From Coriobacteriales bacterium (lineage in GTDB: Bacteria; Actinomycetota; Coriobacteriia; Coriobacteriales; UBA8131): 56,024 bases of DNA. Positions 36,127 through 45,686 of this stretch are shown piece after piece. Within the stretch, counting starts at the first letter, position 1. The number at the start of each line of letters is the position of its first letter. The position numbers and the translations under genes were made by a program. Under the pieces are notes generated by a model. That model was not told where the DNA came from. It made no database searches and saw only the letters and a program-made list of their open reading frames with translations. The stretch lies in the NCBI GenBank assembly GCA_031263025.1, contig JAISGO010000046.1:1-56024 (forward strand), in the 5' to 3' direction.

Positions 36127-37227
36127 ATGTCTTCACCAAAACCTTTAGCCCAGGCGCCCAAACACGCAGCAGGCACCATTGATTTACCAGAGGTAGAGGG
36201 CCAACACAGTAAAAGCCACCAGGTGGGGAAAGGTCATCACCTTTGGGTGCTTCTAATCGCGCTTTTGTTAGTCGCGGCGGCAGCGTTCCTCATCGTTTTG
36301 TTAGTAGTTAGGAAAAGCCCCCAACAAAACACGAATAGGTCTGAGGCGCCAGCTATTAGTGCCTCTCAAACACCGGTTAGCCCCGATGCGCTCACCACAC
36401 AAGCCAGCGGCGGACAAGTTATTCCCTGGACATGGAAATTTGTGACTAAGGGCAAGGACATCTATTTTTATAGGGACACCTTTCACATCCTAACCCAGAC
36501 AGGCCGCAATGGTATCGCCGGTGGCAGCCAGCCTTTCGCGATGCAGCCCCAGGTCGTTACAGATGTCTCTGCTCAAACCAGCGGGCCAGAGAAAGTGGTT
36601 TGTCTGACTTATGACGACGGCCCAAGTCCGACCTATACCAAGAAGCTCTTGAAGATTCTCCAAGATAATGACGTTAAGGCGACTTTCTTTGAAATAGGCA
36701 GCGAGGTTAAACGGTACCCGGATGTCTCTAAAGCGGTGGTTGATGCAGGTATGGAACTCTGCTCACATTCCTATAATCACTCACCAAGCCATTATCTGAG
36801 CCGCTTAAGTCCGACCGGGGCCAAGCAAATGGCGGTCGAAAGTGTCGAGGCGATTAAACAGGCGACTGGCGTGACCACCACCTATCTGCGTCCGCCCGGC
36901 GGCTGGCTTGATCAAAAGGCGATCAAAGGCATCGGCAACACCATCACTGCCTATGTCGGCTGGAATATCTCCACTGGCGACTATCTACGGCCAGGTGTGA
37001 ACAAGATTGTCAGCCGGGTGGTCAATGGGGTAAAAAAGATCGGCTCAGGTTCGGTGCCGCTGATGCATGACGGCGGCGGAGACCGCTCGGAGACCCTGGC
37101 CGCCACCAAGGTCATCATCCCCAAACTGAAGAAGATGGGCTATAGCTTCATCACCATCGACCAGCTAATCAAGTTGCGCGAGAAAGAGCTTGGCTTAAGC
37201 CAAGCTGAACCAGCAGCGCTATCTTGA
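36127..37227 (+). CDS. Membrane-anchored polysaccharide deacetylase (tandem paralog)
   Basis: Same CE4 motifs. Starts 1 nt after the stop of the previous gene. Confidence 0.85.
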   Translation: MSSPKPLAQAPKHAAGTIDLPEVEGQHSKSHQVGKGHHLWVLLIALLLVAAAAFLIVLLVVRKSPQQNTNRSEAPAISASQTPVSPDALTTQASGGQVIPWTWKFVTKGKDIYFYRDTFHILTQTGRNGIAGGSQPFAMQPQVVTDVSAQTSGPEKVVCLTYDDGPSPTYTKKLLKILQDNDVKATFFEIGSEVKRYPDVSKAVVDAGMELCSHSYNHSPSHYLSRLSPTGAKQMAVESVEAIKQATGVTTTYLRPPGGWLDQKAIKGIGNTITAYVGWNISTGDYLRPGVNKIVSRVVNGVKKIGSGSVPLMHDGGGDRSETLAATKVIIPKLKKMGYSFITIDQLIKLREKELGLSQAEPAALS

Positions 37228-37312
37228 GCTTGCTCTGTTAAGAAACCATTAGATTTTGAACGCAGCCTGAAGAACCAGGCCGCCGTGTTGTGAATATCGC
37301 TAACATAAGGTT

Positions 37313-39469
37313 ATGAAGGAATCAGCCCTTGAAGGTATCCGCAAGACTTCACGTTTCCAAAAACGACTGGAGGTGACATCCCCCTATGAGCCAGCAGGGG
37401 ATCAACCCCAAGCAATCACGAAGTTGGTCGAGGGAGTCGAACAAGGTCTGCGCTATCAGACCCTGCTTGGGGTGACTGGTTCTGGCAAGACCTTCACTAT
37501 GGCAAAGGTGATAGAGGCCGTACAAAAACCGACTTTGGTAATGGCTCCCAACAAGACCTTAGCGGCCCAACTTGCGGCAGAGCTCAAAGAGTTCTTCCCT
37601 CACAACGCAGTCGTCTATTTCGTCTCTTACTATGACTACTACCAACCAGAAGCCTACGTGCCGCAAACCGACACTTTCATTGAAAAGGATGCCTCGATTA
37701 ACGAGGAGGTCGAGAAATTACGCCATCAAGCTACCTCTTCATTGCTCAGCCGCAATGATGTGATCGTGGTAGCGAGCGTCTCCTGTATCTATGGTATCGG
37801 GTCGCCCCAGGACTATGCCGGGATGGCAGTGTTCCTAGATAAGGCGGAAGGCTACGATCGCGACGCCCTACTTGAGGACTTGATCAACATCCAGTATGAC
37901 CGTAACGATTACGAACTCCTACGTGGGACTTTCCGAGTGCGTGGCGACAGTGTTGACATCTTTCCGCCCTATGCCGAGAACCCCTTGCACGTGGAGTTTT
38001 TCGGCGACGAGATCGAGGCCATCTCAGAGGTCGACAAGGTGACGGGAGAAGAACTCTCCTCTTTTCAGAACACGCCGATTTGGCCAGCCTCACATTATGT
38101 GACCGAGCGCGGTAAGATCGACCACGCTCTGGACACCATCAAGGACGAACTCGAACGACGGACTATGGAGTTTACCGATGCAGGCAAATTATTAGAGGCC
38201 CAACGTCTGCAAATGCGCACTAACTATGACCTTGAGATGCTCTCCACCATGGGTTTCTGTTCTGGTATCGAGAACTACTCCAGGCATTTGGATGGACGTA
38301 AGCCAGGCGAGCCACCTTGGACTCTGATTGACTATTTCCCCAAGGACTTCCTTTGTATCATCGACGAGAGTCATGTTACCGTGCCGCAGATCGGTGGCAT
38401 GTACGAAGGTGACCGCTCGCGCAAGGTGACCCTGGTCGAGCATGGCTTCCGTCTACCCTCGGCGCTGGACAACCGGCCCCTGCGTTTTGACGAATATGAG
38501 GCACGCATCCCCCAATTCATCTATGTCAGTGCGACACCGGGAGACTATGAACTCAAAGTAGCAGAGGCCAAGGTCGAACAGATTATCCGTCCGACCGGTC
38601 TGCTTGACCCAGAGATCGAGGTGCGGCCAATCCGCGGCCAAGTCGACGATATCATCGCCGAAGCGAAAGAACATGCCCAGGCGGGGGAGCGCGTACTGAT
38701 TACCACCTTGACCAAGAAAATGGCCGAAGACCTGACTGACTATCTGCTTGACAACGATGTCAACGCCCGCTATATGCATTCGGACATCGGTACGGTCGAG
38801 CGGGTCGAGATCCTGCGCGATCTGCGTTTGGGTAAGTTTGACGTGTTGGTCGGGATCAACTTGCTGCGCGAGGGACTAGACCTCCCCGAAGTCACTCTGG
38901 TAGCGATCCTGGACGCCGATAAAGAAGGCTTCTTGCGCAACTACCGTTCGCTGATCCAGACTATCGGGCGGGCCGCACGCAACGTCAGCGGTAAGGTGAT
39001 CATGTACGCAGACGCCTTGACGGATTCTATGAAAAGGGCAATCGACGAGACCCGGCGGCGGCGCAAGATCCAGACCGAATTCAACTGTGAACACGGCATC
39101 GAGCCGACTACTATCCACAAAGCCGTCAGCGATATCATGTCTTTCATCGATGACCAGGAAGGTGGGCTTGGCGGTGGTTCAGAAGCGAAAGCCAGCAAAG
39201 ATCCTCAGAGCTTGGCCGAGGAGCTGGCTGGGCTGGGACGTGGTGAGGCCTTGCGCATCCTTGACTCGATGGAAAACGAGATGGCGGCGGCGGCCACTGA
39301 TATGGATTTCGATCGAGCGGCCGACCTGCGTGACAAGATTATTAGCTTGCGGGCCCAGGTTGAGGGTAGCGAGGAAAGCGCGGTTTTGGAGCGCTTGCGC
39401 AAGAATGCGCGCCAGGGCTCGAAATACGGAGCACGCAAATCACGGGCACGTTCGCGAATGAAGCATTAA
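37313..39469 (+). CDS. uvrB: Excinuclease ABC subunit B
   Basis: Motifs GVTGSGKTF and DESH, helicase motifs, and the C-terminal UVR motif [12 protein letters not shown]. Confidence 0.97.
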   Translation: MKESALEGIRKTSRFQKRLEVTSPYEPAGDQPQAITKLVEGVEQGLRYQTLLGVTGSGKTFTMAKVIEAVQKPTLVMAPNKTLAAQLAAELKEFFPHNAVVYFVSYYDYYQPEAYVPQTDTFIEKDASINEEVEKLRHQATSSLLSRNDVIVVASVSCIYGIGSPQDYAGMAVFLDKAEGYDRDALLEDLINIQYDRNDYELLRGTFRVRGDSVDIFPPYAENPLHVEFFGDEIEAISEVDKVTGEELSSFQNTPIWPASHYVTERGKIDHALDTIKDELERRTMEFTDAGKLLEAQRLQMRTNYDLEMLSTMGFCSGIENYSRHLDGRKPGEPPWTLIDYFPKDFLCIIDESHVTVPQIGGMYEGDRSRKVTLVEHGFRLPSALDNRPLRFDEYEARIPQFIYVSATPGDYELKVAEAKVEQIIRPTGLLDPEIEVRPIRGQVDDIIAEAKEHAQAGERVLITTLTKKMAEDLTDYLLDNDVNARYMHSDIGTVERVEILRDLRLGKFDVLVGINLLREGLDLPEVTLVAILDADKEGFLRNYRSLIQTIGRAARNVSGKVIMYADALTDSMKRAIDETRRRRKIQTEFNCEHGIEPTTIHKAVSDIMSFIDDQEGGLGGGSEAKASKDPQSLAEELAGLGRGEALRILDSMENEMAAAATDMDFDRAADLRDKIISLRAQVEGSEESAVLERLRKNARQGSKYGARKSRARSRMKH

Positions 39470-39497
39470 ACGCGTTAGTAGGACTCACGAGAGACGG

Positions 39498-39585
39498 GTT
39501 CGCCTGCTCAGACAGTCCTCGCCGCAGATGCCTTAACCCTCCTGGTGGTCAACACGCGGCTGCGGAACTCGCAACCAAGCGACAC
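39498..39585. repeat. Intergenic repeat element, homologous to 53728-53812
   Basis: Shares tcgcctgctcagacag, tcgccgcag and acgcggctgc(g/a)gaactcgca with the second copy. The spacing from the first block to gaactcgca is 65 nt in both copies. Confidence 0.8.
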
Positions 39586-39621
39586 CCCTATGAGCCTTGA
39601 ACATGTTTGATAGGAAAGAAT

Positions 39622-39697
39622 TGGTGGAGATGATGGGATTCGAACCCACGACCCTCAGATTGCGAACCTGATGCTCTCCCAGCTGAGCTACATCCCC
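39622..39697 (-). tRNA. tRNA-Ala (anticodon CGC)
   Basis: The reverse complement folds as GGGGATG..CATCTCC with G3:U70, anticodon loop TTCGCAA and encoded CCA. Length 76 nt. Confidence 0.9.
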
Positions 39698-39762
39698 ACA
39701 CGCAACCAGCAAAATTGTAACATAAAAGCGTGACTTTAAGGTATACTAATGCCTGCGTTTGT

Positions 39763-39838
39763 GCGCCGTTAGCTTAGTTGGTAGAGCAGAGGACTCTTAA
39801 TCCTAAGGTCCGGGGTTCGAGTCCCCGACGGCGCACCA
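39763..39838 (+). tRNA. tRNA-Lys (anticodon CTT)
   Basis: Acceptor GCGCCGT/ACGGCGC, anticodon loop CTCTTAA, TPsiC CGGGGTTCGAGTCCCCG, encoded CCA. Length 76 nt. Confidence 0.9.
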
Positions 39839-39860
39839 AATCTTCGCTATTCGGTATATC

Positions 39861-40538
39861 ATGAAAAAAATTCACGCTTGCATCTTTGACCTTGACGGCA
39901 CCTTGTTCGATTCCACGGCGATGTGGGCACAGGTGGATAAGGATTTTTTGGCCAAGCGTGGTTTTGCGGTACCCAGTGACTATCGGGCTCATATCGCCAC
40001 CATGAGTTTTGCCGAGGCCTCCGCCTATACCGTCAAACGTTTCCAGCTTAAGGAGGACCCTGCGGCTTTATGCGAAGAGTGGTTCGCTATGGTCGAGCAG
40101 GCCTACGCCGAACGGATCGAGCTCAAAGCCGGGGCCGGGGCCTATCTACGGACTTTGAAGGCGGCTGGAGCCAAGTTGGCGGTGGCGACTTCTTCGACGC
40201 CGCGATTATACCGGGTGGCCCTTGAGCATTTGCAAATCGCTGGACTCTTTGATTATGTGGCAAGCGCCGACCAAGTAGGGGTCGGCAAAGAACGCCCGGA
40301 CGTCTATCTGTTTGCGGCTGCGCGGCTTGGCATCAAACCCGAACATTGTTTGGTTTATGAGGATATGCTTAAGGGCCTCTGTAGCGCTAAAGCAGCTGGT
40401 ATGGTGACAGCAGCGGTTTTGGATGAGGCTTCGATGACAGATTGGGAGGCCTTGCGCAGGGAAGCCGACCTCTCCTTTTGCGATTATGCCAATGCGCCTA
40501 ATCTAGCTGCTCTTGGCTTACTCCCTGTCAAAGCATGA
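39861..40538 (+). CDS. HAD-superfamily hydrolase (subfamily IA phosphatase/beta-PGM-like)
   Basis: Motif I IFDLDGTLFDS, with later T/S and K..DD motifs. 225 aa. Confidence 0.85.
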   Translation: MKKIHACIFDLDGTLFDSTAMWAQVDKDFLAKRGFAVPSDYRAHIATMSFAEASAYTVKRFQLKEDPAALCEEWFAMVEQAYAERIELKAGAGAYLRTLKAAGAKLAVATSSTPRLYRVALEHLQIAGLFDYVASADQVGVGKERPDVYLFAAARLGIKPEHCLVYEDMLKGLCSAKAAGMVTAAVLDEASMTDWEALRREADLSFCDYANAPNLAALGLLPVKA

Positions 40539-40550
40539 TATACTTGCACT

Positions 40551-41381
40551 ATGTATCGTTTTCCCACATTGCCACCGATTGCTGATGACGCCAACAAATA
40601 TACCCGCGGGGCTTTGCTCATCCTTGCAGGGTCTTATGGGTATCCCGGAGCGGCGATCCTTTGCGCCAGGGCCTCCGCACGATCCGGCGCTGGCTATACC
40701 TTGCTGGGAATGCCCGCCGAAGCGGCGCCTTTCGGGAAGAACCAACTCCAGTCGATTCCGGTGCTGGCGATGGGCGATGGCGATTTTTTTGATGAACAGG
40801 ATCTAAAGAAGATCGAGCCCTTGCTCGGACGCTATAACGCAGTGGTTTGCGGTCCGGGAATCGGGGTACAGAAGAGCACCCATCGTTTCGTTGAGCAGCT
40901 GCTTGAGTCGATTCCCTCCCCTCTGCTGCTTGACGCCGACGCCCTCAACTGCATTGACAACAAACGCATGGTCAAGGCCCTGCAACAGCGTTTGGCCCCG
41001 ACCATCCTTACCCCACACGGGGGCGAGCTGTTGCGCCTCTACCAAAACGTCGAGGTTAACACGCCCAAGGCCTTGGCCCAAGTCACCGGCTCAGTAGTGG
41101 TCGCGAAAGGGCCGGATACAGTGATTTGTGATAGCCAAACCACTATCAAGGTCTCAAATGGTACTGCTGCCTTGGCCAAGGCAGGCACTGGAGACGTCTT
41201 GGCTGGGGTGATCGGTGGTCTGCTGGCCCAGGGCATGGTACCCTTTGACGCGGCAGTGGCGGGTGTCTATCTGCATGCCGAAGCCGGCGTGAAAGCCGAG
41301 GCAAAAATCGGTCGCCGTTCGGTAGTGGCAGGCGATGTGACTAAGTTCTTAGTGTCGGCGATCAAGGACTTAGAGAAGTAG
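40551..41381 (+). CDS. nnrD: ADP-dependent NAD(P)H-hydrate dehydratase (YjeF C-terminal/carbohydrate kinase domain)
   Basis: Motifs KYTRGALLILAGS, CGPGIG, KGPDTVI and GTGDVLAGVIGGLLAQG. Confidence 0.85.
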   Translation: MYRFPTLPPIADDANKYTRGALLILAGSYGYPGAAILCARASARSGAGYTLLGMPAEAAPFGKNQLQSIPVLAMGDGDFFDEQDLKKIEPLLGRYNAVVCGPGIGVQKSTHRFVEQLLESIPSPLLLDADALNCIDNKRMVKALQQRLAPTILTPHGGELLRLYQNVEVNTPKALAQVTGSVVVAKGPDTVICDSQTTIKVSNGTAALAKAGTGDVLAGVIGGLLAQGMVPFDAAVAGVYLHAEAGVKAEAKIGRRSVVAGDVTKFLVSAIKDLEK

Positions 41382-41383
41382 TC

Positions 41384-43222
41384 TTATAGCGCAGGGAAGC
41401 TGATCTCGCCTGCGAACTTGGCGGCGAAGTCGGCGAGAGACATGGCACCTTGGTCACCTGCGTGGCGGTCACGCACAGAGACAGATGTGGCCGCGACCTC
41501 GTCGTCGCCGACCACCAGCATGTAGGGGACCTTCTGCTTTTGGGCGCGACGGATCTTGGCGCGCATTGGTTCGTTTTGGGCGTAGACCTCGACCCGGGCA
41601 CCGCCCTGGGCGCTTGCCTCAGGCAGGACACGCAGCTTGGCGGCGACTTGCTCAGCGTAGTCGAGATGACGGTCGGCGATCGGCACCACCACCGCCTGGG
41701 TCGGCGAGAGCCAGGCCGGCAGGGCTCCGGCGTAATGTTCGAGCAGGATGCCGAGGAAGCGCTCGATCGAACCGAAGATGGCCCGGTGCAGCATCCAGGG
41801 CTGCTCCTCGCCGTTATCGGCGGTGCGGTAGGTCAACTTGAAGCGCTCCGGGAAGTTGAAGTCGACCTGGACGGTGGAACATTGCCAGGTCCGCCCAATC
41901 GCGTCTTTCACCTTGATGTCGATCTTGGGGCCGTAGAAAGCGCCGTCGCCCTCGTTGATATCGTAGGCGAGGCCGTAGCGCTTGCAGGCGTTCTCCAACG
42001 CCGACTGGGCCTGCTCCCATTTTTCGTCCGAACCGATCGAGTGCTCCGGCCGAGTCGAGATCTCGGCCATGTAGGGGAAACCGAAGGTGCTCATAATGGC
42101 GTCGACCAACTCGAGGATCTTCACCACCTCGTCTTCGACCTGGTCGGTGCGACAGAAGAGATGGGCGTCGTCCTGGGTGAAACCGCGCGCCCGCAGAAGC
42201 CCGTGCACCACGCCACTCATCTCGTGGCGATAAACGGTACCGAACTCGAAGTAGCGGATCGGTAACTCCTTGTAAGAGCGCAGCTCGTCAGCATAAAGTA
42301 GCACGTGCCCCGGGCAGTTCATCGGCTTGACACCGTATTCGGAGAGCTTCGACCCGTCCTTCTCCTCGCTCTCGTCGATGTTGAAGAAATACATGTTCTC
42401 ATGGTAGAAGTCATAATGCCCGCTGCGCTTCCAGACGTCGGCGTTGTAGATGTGTGGGGTGATAACCTCTTGATAACCTCTCCGGTACAGGCCCTGGCGC
42501 AGCCATTCCTGGAGCACCCGGATGATGCGGGCCCCGTTCGGCTTGTAGAGGGGCAGGCCGACCCCGGCTTCCTCCGAGGTCATGTAGATGCCGAGTTCGC
42601 GGCCGAGCTTACGGTGGTCGCGTTTCTCGGCCTCCTCGATCTGCTTAAGGTAAGCGTCGAGCTCTTCCTGGCTGAAGAAAGCGGTGCCATAGACCCGCTG
42701 CAGCATCTGCCGGTCGGCGTCGCCGCGCCAGTAGGCTCCAGCCAGCTTGGTCAACTTGAAAGCGGCGAGCTCCGAGGTGTTCGCGATGTGCGGTCCACGA
42801 CAGAGGTCGAGATAGACCTTAGCGGCGTTACGCGCTTCCGCGTCCTTCGCGGCCAGCGCCGCTTCAGCGTCCCCTTGGATGTAAACGGTGATCTCCTCGT
42901 CCGCAGGCAGCTCGTCAATCAACTCGAGCTTGAGCGGCTGGTCAGCGAAGATCGCGCGGGCTTCGCCCTTGTCCACGACCTTGCGGGTGAAATCCTCATG
43001 GCGGCCGACGATCTTCTTCATCCGCTTCTCGATTGCCTTAAGGTCGTCCGGCCCCAAAGTCTCCGGGAGCTCGATGTCATAGTAAAAGCCGTTCTCGACC
43101 GCCGGTCCGATTCCGAAATGCGCCTCCGGATGCAGCTCCTGGATGGCCTGGGCCATGATGTGCGCGGCGCTATGCCGCAGCATCTGTAGGTTCTCCGGGG
43201 TATGTTCAAGCTGTCCTGACAT
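41384..43222 (-). CDS. thrS: Threonine--tRNA ligase (no N-terminal TGS domain)
   Basis: LRHSAAHIMAQA (editing domain HxxxH) lies at residue ~15. Class II motifs and an anticodon-binding C-terminus are present. 612 aa. Confidence 0.95.
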   Translation of the reverse strand: MSGQLEHTPENLQMLRHSAAHIMAQAIQELHPEAHFGIGPAVENGFYYDIELPETLGPDDLKAIEKRMKKIVGRHEDFTRKVVDKGEARAIFADQPLKLELIDELPADEEITVYIQGDAEAALAAKDAEARNAAKVYLDLCRGPHIANTSELAAFKLTKLAGAYWRGDADRQMLQRVYGTAFFSQEELDAYLKQIEEAEKRDHRKLGRELGIYMTSEEAGVGLPLYKPNGARIIRVLQEWLRQGLYRRGYQEVITPHIYNADVWKRSGHYDFYHENMYFFNIDESEEKDGSKLSEYGVKPMNCPGHVLLYADELRSYKELPIRYFEFGTVYRHEMSGVVHGLLRARGFTQDDAHLFCRTDQVEDEVVKILELVDAIMSTFGFPYMAEISTRPEHSIGSDEKWEQAQSALENACKRYGLAYDINEGDGAFYGPKIDIKVKDAIGRTWQCSTVQVDFNFPERFKLTYRTADNGEEQPWMLHRAIFGSIERFLGILLEHYAGALPAWLSPTQAVVVPIADRHLDYAEQVAAKLRVLPEASAQGGARVEVYAQNEPMRAKIRRAQKQKVPYMLVVGDDEVAATSVSVRDRHAGDQGAMSLADFAAKFAGEISFPAL

Positions 43223-43369
43223 AGTTTCACTCCTTGGTTTTATAAGGGATTATAAAACATCAGGCTGCCCCTCCCGAACCGCAAGCCAGGCCGTGACTTG
43301 CATTTTGTCGGAATGGGGGTATAATAGTTCGTTTTTACCGGGGAAGATGAACTTTCTAGGTAGCCCTCC

Positions 43370-43537
43370 ATGCAGAAGTCGCGCACACATAATCCTAAGG
43401 ACATCGCCAAACACGTGCTCAAAGGCATCGGCCTCACCATCAAGGGCTTGGTTCCGGTAATGGTGATCTATGCTCTGTTCTTATTAGCGCTGGCCTTACT
43501 GGTAACTATCTTGCGTGTGGCGATCCGGGGCCTGTAG
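43370..43537 (+). CDS. Candidate 55-aa single-pass membrane protein immediately upstream of trkH
   Basis: Not in the track because it is under 60 aa. Hand translation: MQKSRTHNPKDIAKHVLKGIGLTIKGLVPVMVIYALFLLALALLVTILRVAIRGL*. Third codon positions are mostly G/C. The stop lies 2 nt before the trkH ATG. No clear SD. Confidence 0.35.
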   Translation: MQKSRTHNPKDIAKHVLKGIGLTIKGLVPVMVIYALFLLALALLVTILRVAIRGL

Positions 43538-43539
43538 CG

Positions 43540-45126
43540 ATGTGGGCGCGTTTTCATAGGCGGGACATCCCGGTTATCCTGCACTATATCGGTTTATTGG
43601 TGATCGTATTAGCGGCTTTGGAGCTAGTACCGCTGGCCACGGCCTTGATTTTTGGTGAATGGGAAGCCGCCGTACGCTATTTCTTCAGCGCTGGGTTAAC
43701 TTTCGCTTTCGGGATGGCCCTGCGCATCACGGTGACGGGGGACTGCTCGATGGATAAGCGCCAAGCGGTCGCCATTACGGTCTTGATCTGGGTGGTGTTT
43801 GCCTTGTTGGGCGCCGTACCGCTGGCCCTGTCCGGGCATTATTGCTCCTATTTTGATGCGGTCTTCGATAGCATTTCCAGCTTGACCGATACGGGGCTTT
43901 CCCTTATCAACGACCTCGACCATATGGCTAATGCCGATGATACCTGGCGCTTCGCGATGCAGTTCATCGGCGGGCAGGGGGTGGTCTTGATTGCGCTGTC
44001 GCTCGGTATCTTCACCAAGGCCGGTTCCTCCCTGTATTCGGCGGAGGGACGGGATGAGTCGATCGTTCCCAATATCAAGAGCACCGCGCGTTTCATCTGG
44101 CGGGTCTCAGGGGTAATGGTTTTGTTCGGAACTGTCATCTTGATGTTTATCTGTTTGTTTTTGGGATTCAAACCGCTGGATGCGTTCTTCAACGGCCTTT
44201 GGATCACCATCGGGGCCTATGACACCGGCGGATTGGCCCCCCATGCTCTATCATTAATGTATTATCACTCTTGGCCCTTTGAGATCGTGACCATGATGTT
44301 GATGCTCTTCGGTGCGACCAACTTCATCCTCTACGCCCAGATCGGCAAGGGCTTCTGGCGCCAGGTGGTGAAGGACATCGAGGTGCGTACTTTGGCCCTT
44401 TGGATGCTGGGGATGCTCGCGCTGTTCGTTTTAGCGATGATGGGCGGCAATTTCCTAACTGATGTATCCGGCTTGGTTAGACGGGGCGTCTTCACCGTAA
44501 TCAGTGCGGCGACCTCGACCGGTTTCACCGTGCTTTCGACCAACCAGATGGCCACCTTGATGACTAGCGGGGCACTCTTCGTGATCGCGATCGCGATGGC
44601 GATCGGGGGGTCCAGCGGATCCACCGTCGGCGGTATCAAGGCTATGCGCATAGGTATTATCGCCAAGAGTGTCGCGCTTAAGGTCAAGGCCTTCCTATTG
44701 CCGTCTTCGGCTCTGGTGCGGACAGATTATTACCATATCAACCGGCGTAAGCTCTCACCAGAGCTGATGATGAGCGCGATGGTGGTCTCCATCCTTTATG
44801 TGATCAGTTTCGTGATCGGGTCTTTCGTTGGGATTGCCTGCGGCTACGACGGGCTGGCCTCGGCCTTCGAGTCGATCAGCGCGGCAGCTAACAACGGCCT
44901 TTCGACTGGGATCACTGCAGTCGGGATGCCGCCGGTCTTAGAACTGACCTATATGCTGCAGATGTGGCTGGGGCGCTTGGAGTTTCTGAGCGTGCTGGCG
45001 ATCATCACTGGCTTCATCGCCTCTTTCAAGCGCCGGCGCAACAATCCCCTGGCGCCAGTTCATCGCCGTCGAGCCGAGAAGGCCGCCTTACCGCAAAACT
45101 CCGACCAACCGGCAGGGATGCGCTGA
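43540..45126 (+). CDS. trkH: TrkH/KtrB-family cation (K+) transporter membrane subunit
   Basis: 528-aa polytopic protein with repeated M1-P-M2 selectivity-filter-like motifs (TDTGLS, FIGGQGV, YDTGGL, ATSTGFT, ANNGLSTG). Confidence 0.9.
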   Translation: MWARFHRRDIPVILHYIGLLVIVLAALELVPLATALIFGEWEAAVRYFFSAGLTFAFGMALRITVTGDCSMDKRQAVAITVLIWVVFALLGAVPLALSGHYCSYFDAVFDSISSLTDTGLSLINDLDHMANADDTWRFAMQFIGGQGVVLIALSLGIFTKAGSSLYSAEGRDESIVPNIKSTARFIWRVSGVMVLFGTVILMFICLFLGFKPLDAFFNGLWITIGAYDTGGLAPHALSLMYYHSWPFEIVTMMLMLFGATNFILYAQIGKGFWRQVVKDIEVRTLALWMLGMLALFVLAMMGGNFLTDVSGLVRRGVFTVISAATSTGFTVLSTNQMATLMTSGALFVIAIAMAIGGSSGSTVGGIKAMRIGIIAKSVALKVKAFLLPSSALVRTDYYHINRRKLSPELMMSAMVVSILYVISFVIGSFVGIACGYDGLASAFESISAAANNGLSTGITAVGMPPVLELTYMLQMWLGRLEFLSVLAIITGFIASFKRRRNNPLAPVHRRRAEKAALPQNSDQPAGMR

Positions 45127-45620
45127 TGAGTAAGCATCTGGCTGCTCCAGCTGGCGCTTTAACGCCAAGCAACAACGCTAATGTGCCGACGGCGACTACG
45201 ATCGCCGCCCTGGATAAAAGTAGCGGCACCCTGAACAACCATTTGGTCAGCTTCAGTGGTGAGGCGATCGGCGACGTAGTGAACGCCGAGCCTGGCTACA
45301 AGTGGGTCACCGTTGCCGATACCGGTGACAACAATGCGATCAGCGTGTATATGACCGATCAAGAGGTCGCCCAGATCCATGATTTCGGGTTCTATGGGCA
45401 AAGCGGCGACCTCATCACGGTGGATGGTATTTTCAACCTCTCCTGTCGCCAACACGATGGCTTGACTGACGTGCACGCGACTACGGTGAGCGTGAGCAGT
45501 GTCGGCCACGCTGACCCAGCCGTACCTAGTATGACCATGTTGGTGCTGGCCTTGGCCCTGATCTTGGTGGCGATCCTGATCGGAGTGGTGCATCATCTGC
45601 TGCGTGAGCGCAATATGTAG
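45126..45620 (+). CDS. Hypothetical protein, beta-rich (OB-fold-like) domain with a C-terminal TM anchor
   Basis: The ATG at 45126 overlaps the trkH TGA (TGATG). Reads MSKHLAAPAGALT... and ends MTMLVLALALILVAILIGVVHHLLRERNM. The longer track ORF (from 44964) lies inside trkH. Confidence 0.5.
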   Translation: MSKHLAAPAGALTPSNNANVPTATTIAALDKSSGTLNNHLVSFSGEAIGDVVNAEPGYKWVTVADTGDNNAISVYMTDQEVAQIHDFGFYGQSGDLITVDGIFNLSCRQHDGLTDVHATTVSVSSVGHADPAVPSMTMLVLALALILVAILIGVVHHLLRERNM

Positions 45621-45686
45621 CGATTGAACCAGCATGGGGCAAGGCCCGTTTCGGTGGGGCCTGCTCGCATGTTCTAAAATGAGGGC

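Noticed and set aside
39839-39863. The HAD gene starts only 22 nt after tRNA-Lys, suggesting a tRNA-mRNA co-transcript or an integration site.
   Set aside because: There is no repeat of the tRNA 3' end downstream and no integrase. The adjacent genes are housekeeping, so close spacing alone is not informative.
43223-43340. T-box leader upstream of thrS.
   Set aside because: Only about 110 nt is available between a plausible -10 and the ATG, and I could not find the conserved T-box 14-mer (AGGGTGGNACCGCG-like).
44964-45125. N-terminal extension of the 45126-45620 ORF as given in the track (218 aa).
   Set aside because: The extension lies wholly inside trkH in another frame. The ATG at 45126 overlapping the trkH stop is the natural coupled start.
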